Below the pieces are notes generated by a model, which saw nothing but the letters and a program-made list of their open reading frames with translations, had not been told where the DNA came from and did not search any database. Below are positions 40,201-50,560 of a stretch of DNA of 64,000 nt, piece after piece. The position numbers and the translations under genes were made by a program. The stretch is from Haplodiscus bocki. Its lineage: Eukaryota. Each line of letters begins with the position of its first letter. The stretch's first letter is position 1. The stretch spans positions 69,130,001-69,194,000 of the forward strand of contig OZ296650.1 in the NCBI GenBank assembly GCA_965655095.1. Reading direction: 5' to 3'.

Positions 40201-41333
40201 GAGAGTTCTTCTAGCTTTGCGGAAAAACTTAGAGCCGACAGATTTGTACAAAAGCCAATCCTAGTTCCCAGGGCAAAGTTTACTCGGATACGTTCAATTC
40301 CAAGAAGAGGCACCGAACTTTTTGCCTGAACCAAGTTGATGGTTCCTTCTAAAACAATGATTTTAATCATTCAGAGAGCTATGGAAGAGTGACAATGAAA
40401 CAAGAATAGAAGATTAATAGTCAACGTCATCAGTTGCTCACAGTCTTAGGATTTTGTTTTTGGCTCTGGGGTTAGCAATGGGCAAAGAAAGTCAATCAGT
40501 GGGAAATTTCATCAACCAAACACTTATCACTCCATTATTTTTTCTGAGTGACCACCAACAATGCTCTCAGGATGCGAGAGGCGGCATCAACGTAACCGAT
40601 GCATCAGCTCTGCTTCATGAAGCTGAAAGGAAAAGAGAGTTGAGAGTGTGTAATAAGCAGGCGTCAAACACGACCGCTATAATCGAATTTCAATCGTTTA
40701 TTATGATGGACTTTCATTACACGAAGAATCAAAAACACTTCTCACGTTTTTTTTCGTCCAAATGGAAACGAAAATTTTTTAGTCAACTAAAATCCTGCAA
40801 AGAAGAGTCTCGATTCAGAAAGTGAAGGTGAACAGGCCAACACGGAACCATTCGACACTTTTGATAAGACAGCATTTTTCGTGAAACAAAAAGGGCGGAG
40901 TATACGTTTTGCACGCCCTAAAGAATGGTTCAGTACTCCGAGAGATGCAATTGATGGCTCTGTTTCGGTCAATGGAAGATTTTTGACAAGTAAGGTTTTC
41001 GCAAGAAAAAATTGCTTGTTATAGAAATTCCCATTAACTGGTATAACCCTTTTGGAAATCAATGCAACAGACCGGATATAGCAAATGACTTTCGACACCA
41101 ACTTGTTTTCCACCTGACTCAAATATCAACAGTGTGTCTGGTCGGAGTTAGAACCATCACATCAGAAAAAGAATTAACCAAATTCCAATGTTCAAAACTT
41201 AGCCTACCAACAGGCTCTGTTAGTCCAAAGCAAGAGAAATGTTTTGTGAACGAAAAACAACAAATTCTATTTTTCTGCTAATTTTTCGCCTTTCAGACCT
41301 TAGCTCAAAAATTGGAGGTCACTTCTGAGCTAG

Positions 41334-41712
41334 TAACAGCGGAAAAAACGCCGGTATAACAGCGGAAATGAACAAAAGAACGCTTCTTTTTCTTCTAGTA
41401 AAGCAGCGACGTTCTTTTTCCGGTTGCTTGGCGTTAACGGCGCTATTTTTCCAGTAAACGCTGTTAACGCCGCTATTTTTCCGGTGATATGCCGTTAACG
41501 CCGCTATTTTTCATTTGGATGCCCTTAACGCCGCTGTTTTTCCGTTTAAACGCCGGTGACGCCACTATTTTTACGGTTACACGCCGTTATCGATGCTTTT
41601 TTTCCTTTTAATAACGGCTTCTGTGGCTATTTTTGGCCACCGTCAACGCCCTTCTACTGGAAAATTCTCGGCCACAATTTCGACCCCGGCAATGGGGTAG
41701 CAATGTAGCTAG
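41334..41712 (+). mobile_element. Helitron-like 3' segment (379 bp)
   Basis: Same segment ending in hairpin plus CTAG|T. Confidence 0.58.
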
Positions 41713-44700
41713 TTTGCGCATACCGTGCAGAAATTCATTGGTCGAATGGGATTCGTCTTCTTGGGGCAAGAATAGCATACAGAAAGCATAATTTCTCATG
41801 ACGTGACTTGACATCGATAGGCTACTCCCACAAAACTTTTCAAAACCCTCAACTTTGGTACCATAGAGGATGGCTGAACAGTGAAAGTATAGAGCTTAGG
41901 TATGATTCCAAAATGCACAAGCCGATTTTTGTTTGAAGCACGATAATAACCCTAGTTGCATCAGCGGTGAGTTTTTCTCTTTGAAAGTCAGTTCTAGTAA
42001 CATACCATAAAAGTTTTTTATAAAAATCTGGACTTTAAAGAACATCAAAATTCAAACATTGGCCGATTAATTAGGAATGAAGGCATATTCGAGTTGGGGC
42101 AAAGTTTTTGATTTGTCAGTTATGTGACAGTGCCAAAAGACGTGAGGCGGGAAAGATGTTTCAAGGATGATCAGATGATTCCTTGAAAGATACATTGAGC
42201 TCGCCGAGAATTAATGCAGTAACATTGGGGGGTGCAATGCATGTTTCAAACCACTTGGCATTTTTTCTGCCCGATCGAAAAGAAGATCAAATAGAGCAAA
42301 AGTCGTTTGAGACTGAGTCAGCAAGTGTCCCCATTTAAGGCTCAGGTAAAGTAGATCAAGAAAAAAATGCAGTAGAGCAAATGAAATCCCCATTTAACTT
42401 GAAGGAAAAAACGAGCAGCTTTAGGTTTAATTGGATTCTTCAGATTTCGATAAAACTTCAGAGCCACTATACCAACTATTGAAGAAAAGAAATTTCAATC
42501 GACTGAACAAGGCGATGAGTCACAGCAGAATTAAAAGAGATGTTGTTATCAACGCTCAGCTGGGGATATCCTAAAAAATGAGATTATTTTTACTACGGAC
42601 GCGTTATTAACCGGATATGGTGCAATTTTGACAAAGAAGCAAGACGGGTGTGGATCGAGTTCCTGCATGTGCTAGCAAAACACTGACCAAAAAGAGAAGG
42701 AACTATTCAGCAACGAAACGGGATTTTTTCGCTGTTCTGCATTTCAAGAATCATTCCTAGACATACATACTTGGTAGAAAGTTTGTGCCAGAGACTTATC
42801 ACCGAGCTCTGGTGTAGCAATATAGTGTGAAAGACTCGGAATTATCATAGCAAGATGGTTGAGGAAGCCAGACCATTTTGATATCGAACGTGAGCACAAC
42901 GCAGGAAGAGACATTCCTCAAGCCGATTGTATGTCAAGAGTGCACACCGGAGAACGCTGTCTGACAAACTTTGTTGCCGCGTCAACGAAAAACTTTCACA
43001 ACACAGACGAGGCCTCCACTAATCCGCGTAGTTCGCTCAAAAACACAGACAGAAGAAGCATTCAAAAGAAACCAAAACAAATACAAAAAACCTATGCAAG
43101 TCTTTATTTGGTTAGAAATCAAACACCGACCAACTCGGTAAAACATGACAGACCTTCGGGAGAACTGTGGAGTTTTTGGGTCGACTCAGAAAACCATGAT
43201 CTAGGAGATGGACTTCTATACAGAAGGAAATTTTTGGAAACATCCGGACATTCATAACAACAAGTTACCATTAAGGAGAATCAACTTACGCATATATAAA
43301 CAATGCTTCACAAGTCTCATTTTACAGTCCTTTTTGTTAACAGCAAAACTTTAGGAGAGCTCAGAAATTTTTGCTGTGTCATCGAGAACTAGAACTGATG
43401 TGGTCAAATGGGTTTGAAAAAAAATGAATGTCTGAAACAGATACGACGCCCCAAAAACACGGTTATAGCCTCAGTACTCGGCAGCCTTGTCATCCATTCC
43501 GACAGGTGTCTCTGAAGGTCATGGAGACGATACCTATTTCCAAAATTTTCAAATGTAAAATTATGCAACCAGTTGCAGATCAAATTACTAAAAGGTACAA
43601 GGCTAGCGGGACGCCCAATCAAGAAGCAGAAACAATTGCAGGGTTTTAGTAGAAATGCGGACTACAATATGTAGATGTCCAGTGAATCTCCGCACTGATA
43701 GGGCAACATAGTTTGAGAAAGAACTTTTTTGAGAACTATGTCGAACTCTAAACAAAGACAGGACTTCAACAACGTCCTTCCGTATCCAACGCAATACAAT
43801 GATCGAGAGGAGAAAAAACTGTTAAATAAAAACATCTCTAAGAATATCGAACATCATCAACCAGAGCGAAAAAATTATTTCCCGAAGGGAAACGCTGGCG
43901 TACCGTTCGTTGATTGACAAAATTACAAGGTACAATTCTTCCTATAAAATGTTACGTAGCCTCTGAGACTAAACACTGACTGTATGTACGAGACGCGCAG
44001 CTGAAATTTAGTTCCAACACCAAGCGATTTGAAACTTGTCACCAGAATACAACTTCAAAAACGCAACTTTTGATCTGAACAGAGATGAAACTCGAACGTT
44101 TTTGACGAGACACTCACTAAAAACTACTGTGTTTATGGTATGACTTACGTTGAAGCAGAGACATCTTATTGTTTCCAACATTTATGAAAGTGGAAACGGA
44201 AAAATCCATTTTTTTGGTTTACAAACTCGACTGCCGATATATCTGGTGAACCCAACTTTCGCATTTGGCTTGAGAAAAATGATAGGAACCTTCAAAAATT
44301 TACATTAAACTGAGAAAATACAAAACGAGAGACCATTTCTTTTCATCGGTCAAGAACAGTGCAAATCCATTAGAAAAAAAGAATCCAAATATCCTGGTCA
44401 AGGACGAGGACGCCGCCCTCGTTGGATTTGTTGGTTGATGAACCAACAGTATGACCGGATCCTACAGAGCTCGACGTCATAGCAGAAGAGGAGGCGCCAG
44501 AGAATTCAGTCAAAAAAAACAATCAAAGGAATAAAAAGTAAAAAAAAACGTGTTCTAGTTGGAATTGGAAAAAGCAGAGGGTCAAGTCTTGTTGAAGAGA
44601 GCGGTGCAGAATTTCAGAGTTCTTCTTGCTTTGCGGAAAAACTTAGAGCCGACAGATTTGTACAAAAGCCAATCCTCCTTCCCAGGGCAAAGTTTACTCG

Positions 44701-44809
44701 GATACGTTCAATTCCATGAAGAGGCACCGAACTTTTTTCCTGAACCAAGTTGATGGTTCCTTCTAAAACAATGAATTTAATCATTCAGAGAGCTATTGAA
44801 GAGTGAACA

Positions 44810-46300
44810 ATGAAACAAGAATGGAATATTAATAGTCAACGTCATCAGTTGATCACAGCCTTAGGTTTTTATTTCTGGCACTGGGGTTAGCAATGGGCAA
44901 AGAAAGTCAATCAGTGGGAAATTTCATCAACCAATCACTTATCACTCCATTGTTTTCTCTGAGTGACCACCAACAATACTCTCAGGATGCGAGAGGCGGC
45001 ATCAACGTAACCGATGCATCAGCTTTGCTTCATGAAGCTGAAAGGAAAAGAGAGTTGAGAGTGTGTTATAAGCAGGCATCAAACACGACCGCTAAAATCG
45101 AAATTCAATTGTTTGTTATGATGGACTTTTATTACACGAAGAATCAAAAACACTTCTCACGTTTTTTTTCGCCCCAAATGGAAACGAAAATTTTTTAGTC
45201 AACTAAAATCCTGCAAAGAAGAGTCTCGATTCAGAAAGTGAAGGTGAACAGGCCAACACGGAACCATTCGACACTTTTGATAAGACAGCATTTTTCGTGA
45301 AACAAAAAGGGCGGAGTATACGTTTTGCACGCCCTAAAGAATGGTTCAGTACTCCGAGAGATGCAATTGATGGCTCTGTTTCGGTCAATGGAAGATTTTT
45401 GACAAGTAAGGTTTTCGCTAGAAAAAATCGCTTGTTATAGTAGTTCCCATTAACTGGTATAACCCTTTTGGAAATCAATGCACCAGACCGGATATAGCAA
45501 ATGACATTCGACACCAACTTGTTTTCCACCTGACTCAAATATCAACAGTGTGTCTGGTCGGAATTAGAACCATCACATCAGAAAAAGAATTAACCAAATT
45601 CCAATGTTCAAGACTTAGCCTACCAACAGGCTCTGTTAGTCCAAAGCAAGAGAAATGTTTTGTCAACGAAAAACAACAAGTTCTATTTTTTCTGCTAATT
45701 ATCCGCCTTTCAGACCTTAGCTCAAAAAATGGACGTCACTTCTGAGCTAGTGGGTGCACCAAAGACAAAAGTCAAAATGGTTGACAAATCAAAGGTTATG
45801 CAGAAGTCGAGTGGAATTACTTTTTGCTCAAGGGATACAGTGAATAGAAGATATTTGAGTTAAAACGAGTATACAATTATGCAAAATGCATCCGTTAACA
45901 GCACAGATCAACCTATCACTCATCTCCAAAATGGACAGTGCGCTGTTGGGTGTGGGTGCAAAAAGCGTACAAGTAGGAAGAACAAGAGGAATATTCTATC
46001 TTCATAGAAGTGCAAAGATGGAAGTTACAATTGTTGAGAACAAGTTTTCCACGGAATAAGTAACTGATCGCATAAGGTTTAGGGAAGAATCTGTTTTGAA
46101 GTACATGATGCCATACGGATGTTTGTTTTCGAACTACACAATTAGTGAAAGTAACCCGTTGTACAATAACTTGATCTGACTGATAGAAAGGCGTTGGAGT
46201 ACGTTATAGAGAAAAGAACACTCTAGAATCTCACCAATTCCAAAATTCAAAAAAAAATAGAACCCTAAGGAGTAGAGACGATGTCATTAGGTTCGAATGA
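44810..46300 (+). pseudogene. Longest env-like remnant: last array unit plus unique continuation beyond 45751
   Basis: Purine-rich, coding-like sequence continues past the array end, e.g. the open frame QLCKMHPLTAQINLSLISKMDSALLGVGAKSVQVGRTRGIFYLH (~45874-46059). The 3' limit is approximate; no TM anchor or LTR was identified. Confidence 0.42.
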
Positions 46301-49099
46301 AATCAAATATTCACCATGGAAGATCTGTGGAGGAGTAGTCAAGGAAGGACGTTGAAGTACAGCCGATTTACCTCTAGAGCAAGAAAAGCGTACAGCGGTC
46401 CGCTCGTAAAAGATGCGCACTAAACAGAAACAAAGCAGTCTGTTTCCGCTAGATACGTTATCTGTAAAAAATAAACAGCGCAGCAACAACAGTTTCTCTG
46501 GGTTTCAAAATCAGTAGAAAAACATTTTTGTGTTCTATACTCGAAACTGACAAATATTTTAGCGGTGAGTATCCGTATTTTTCCGAGTTACATTCAGGAA
46601 AATCTGTTACCCAGTGAGTGCTTTTTTCAGGATAGAGCCTGAAAATTCCTTCTTTTTTCATAGCATTACTACACCTCAGATATATGTTTATATAAAAACT
46701 TAAATGTAGTTCATTCAATATTAATTGTATTTTCATTTTTTTCCTCGCTGTGATTTCTAGGTCAAATTGTAGTTTGAAATTTGCAATGAAACCAATGCTC
46801 CATGCTGCGTTGATTCCAGCTACATCAACCTTCCATATTCCATTATCAACTCTTCCTATAAGTTAGAATTTCCCTTAGTGCGTGCTCTGCCTTAACATCA
46901 ACTTCAAACACTACCTTACCAAAAAGCAATTATATGGTTGAATCCCATGCGCTTCCCAAACTGATTCTTATTTGGTGTTTTTGTTTTCAACAACCTGACA
47001 AAACCCGTGGGTATCTCATAGGCCTTGAAAGAAAAACATGAACTTCTAGATTATTAGTGACTTTTTCTTTTCCTGCCTTTTTCCATCTCATGAAATTTTT
47101 GAACTATGGAATAAAAAAAACTAAAAACACTTTCAATAGTTTCATAGCCACTTTTTGTCCTTCTTACAAGTTTCCATTGATTTTTTCTTTCCTACTGTCA
47201 TATGCCGTACTTTTCTTTTTATCATAATAAGAACAAACTCAATTTCTTCTCCTTAACAAGAGGCCTCATCCTTTTGTGTTTTAAAACCACAGTGTTAATG
47301 AAGTGTCTTCAATTCTAAAACTTTCCAAAGAACAACGTTTCCGATTGCCATCACCCTCCCTTAAAACATATTCGTTGATTTCAAGCAAAAATTTTCTCTA
47401 GTCCTATTTGTATCAATTATTTTACCGTGAAACCGGTAAACCAGAACAACATTTTGTGCCACAGTTTTTTTGGTAAACTAATTGAAAACAAGACGAATCC
47501 ACGGAATTTCCATGTTCAAAACTTGTTGCCTTTTGTGGTTTCAACTCAGTCTGTTCTATGGAGGCATCTTTGTTTTTGAAGTTTAAAAGCGAGAAATCTT
47601 CAGTGTGTTTTAGTTGTTTGTGTATTGAAAGTCATATTCGTCGGCGTCCGTAAAGTAAACTTTCTTTTAATAATGATGAAGAAGTTGAAGTTTGGTCAGA
47701 AATTGAAACTTCAGTTTTCTTAAAAAAATTCCATAAAGAAAGTACTGGAGAACTGTTCTTCAAGCCAGATTCGTTCACCTTTTTATAGCTTTTTCTCCGA
47801 AGCCTTTCATTTACTTTATGGCCAGATAGTTGAAAAGAAAATTTTTCGGAAGAGGTTGTCTCATTCAAACTACAATACTTGAATGAAAAATCACATTCCA
47901 AAGAAATTGTTACGGCCCACCAAGTTTGTCTCTTTTATCACTTGTAAAATTTCCCATTGAACTGCCACCCCTTGTATGTTCTGAAAATGTGAGAACGACA
48001 TTGTTCAGCAGTTTTTGAAAACACAAATTTACTGGCAAGTTTAGTTTTTAAACTTAATAGTGTATTTTTCACTGCTGTAATAACATCTTTTATAACTCAG
48101 GCAAAATTGGTTGCGAGTGACTTTACTCAGTCGTGCTTCATGTATTTTGGGTGGGAACCAATTTTTTTCCTTCTTATTGTGTTTGCTACTTCAAGATAGA
48201 TTAAACTTCTTTTGAAAACCATGTCTTCAAGATCATTAATGAATATATATTTAGATTCCATTTTTTCAGTAATGAATTTTCTTCAAAATATCATAAACTT
48301 CATCTTATAACATCTTTCTCAAACTCGAACAATCTCCTATTCACTTCTTCTAAATGTAAATTCCTTTTTCATGATTTCTATAGCACTACCAAGTTACATG
48401 ATTTTTTTTATCGACTACAGGAATTTGCCTACACCCAGTGGGCTAAAGTGAAATTTTTTTCATTTTTTTTGCAATACATTAAAAATTAGTTGGCATAAAC
48501 TCATAGCATCCAGTGAGTTTTTTTTGGCAGATTAGTGTATGAAAAATTATCGAAAAAGTTAGTTAGCTTTTAGATAGAAACTGAAGTTCTCCTATGTTTT
48601 TAATACACTTTTAGCAAGTTTTTGAAAAATAGAAGCATCAATTAATAACTTTAAGACCTTTACCAAATACGTTTTTAGGAACTTTTGTTTTGTGTAAGAA
48701 GCAATTTTATATCTTTTACCGTTCATGTAGCGATTGTGGCTCCAGATTCACAAACAAAACTCTTTTTTTTTGTGTTATAATCTTTCACATATCTGACGCT
48801 AGTATGTTTCAATCTTTTTCTTTTTGTCAAGAGTTTTAATAACGTAAAGCTATGCAGCCGACTTGAAATTTTTTTTGTTTCAATTCAGTACGTTATTTAT
48901 AAACACTGAACGGCGGAGCAACAAATGTCTCCCTAGAGATTAAAATTTGAAGAGTTGCAAGTCGTCCTCTGCTCAATAGTTATTTTCACTCTAATGCTGA
49001 GCATTCGTAAATAACCTAGAAATTTTCATCAAGGTATGTTACCCAAAGAGTGCTGATTGAAGGGTGATGATTCATAATTGGATTTTTTGCTTTAGATTC

Positions 49100-50560
49100 T
49101 CTACAACTTACGTATTATCTAATAAACAGTCTCAGTTTTATCAGCACTTCTTTTTCATAGTCTCTCTCGCTCGAATTCTTCTATTGAATGGCCAATAGAA
49201 ACCTGTGAAGGAAACCAACGCTCCTTGTTGTACTGAGTTCATCGACATCAAATTTTTTTCCAACCTCCCCCTGTGTCTCTTAAGAAATCATAGATGTTGC
49301 CGTCGTGCGTCTTCTGCATTATCATTTTCAAAAAATCGTTTTTCTTAGAGCAATTGTATCGTTGCTTTCAAATCAATAGTTGTAAAACTCCTTCTGCCAC
49401 ATGTTTTGTTTTTATTTTCTTATCAAGCGCTTTTGGAGTTAAAGTACATGACCTTTGATAAATTTTACTAACTTAATGAACTCTTAGTGGCATCTCACAG
49501 GTTTCGAAATTTCATTTACTGTTTTTTGGAGTAATTGTATTTTGTTCCTCTTCTAAGATTTTGTTCCAGCGGAGTTTGCAAAACCACTGGTTCAAAAATT
49601 TACTCTACCTTTGAAGGCACCAAAAAAATTTTTTCTGCTTGCCAACAATTCCTTTCACGTAACTTTGCGAATTCCGAAAAAAAACTGTTTTCTCCAGTTT
49701 TGGTAAAATCACACTTTTTTACTGTAAAACATATCACCCTTAACAATGATTTGTCTTCCAATGATTTTTTTTGATACACGATTCGAAAAAGACTTTAACT
49801 CAATTGCTTTTCAATGCATGAATTCTTTTGTGGTTTCATTTTTGTCCTCTCTATAGATGTTTGAGTAAGAAAAATTAAGTTTGTAATAAATCTTCCCTTT
49901 GTTCAAATGTAATTGTAAGTACAACCAAACTTCTCATTGTATAAAAAGAAAACTTCTTCCAGGATTACCGTAAAACCTGAAGTTGCGTCTGCAATATAAC
50001 GTTAATTTTGTGCTCAATTTCTCTACATAGAACACTTAAATTCCAATCACATTTGTCTTTACTTCATAATGTTGATTGTGGGCGTTTTAAGCTTCTTGCG
50101 GACGAGGGGTTTATCTTTTGCAAAAACCATATGAGATAGTTTGTTTTGTTCCATTCACAAACATTCTATCAATACAATCAGTTTTTTATATAGATTTTTC
50201 GCCACCAGTAATTTCGATTTGTTCTTCATTTGTGAATCTTCCCAACACAAAACCACTCCTTGTTCATTTTGATTTTCTTTGAATAACAGTCCGTCAGGGT
50301 TTTGTAACAAATCAATTTTAGTAGGAAGCGGTATCAAGTTCTTTTCGCGGAAACAATTTTTGCTATTTTAACAAATTTTGTTTTTTCAGGTAGCAAATGT
50401 TCAGGCTGGTATTAATTTGTCTTGCTTCATATGTTCCAGAATAAAACTCAGTCTATTTGTTTTCAGTGTCACTATATTTCTAATCTAGCGACATCTATTT
50501 CTTACAATGTTAAAATCCTTATGACAATCTTGTCTTCAAGATTTTTGTTTATCAGTTTTT
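49100..50560 (-). mobile_element. Degraded Polinton/Maverick-type protein-primed DNA polymerase B remnant, inside a larger A-rich minus-strand block (~46700-54000)
   Basis: Collinear minus-strand fragments in pPolB order: EIDVARL (~DVLLL), TKIDLLQNPDGLLFKENQ..GVV (~LELLTD.DMLLF.E.GIRGG), SYGF (~NLYG), LLRVICFTVKK (~HRVI.F.Q), LEQNLRRG (~MEN.R.R), LSKVMYF (~LSK..MY.F), NDTIAL (~MDTDS) and NIYDFLRD. Confidence 0.55.

Larger units (their letters stand above)
12132..45751 (+). repeat. Head-to-tail tandem array: a 5'-truncated first unit (3.0 kb) plus 7 complete ~4.3-4.4-kb units
   Basis: The anchor CAAG(A/T)ATCATTCCTAGACATAC occurs at 12132, 16457, 20842, 25260, 29679, 34005, 38330 and 42745 (periods 4325, 4385, 4418, 4419, 4326, 4325, 4415). 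Homology ends at ...CTGAGCTAGT (45751). Confidence 0.97.
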
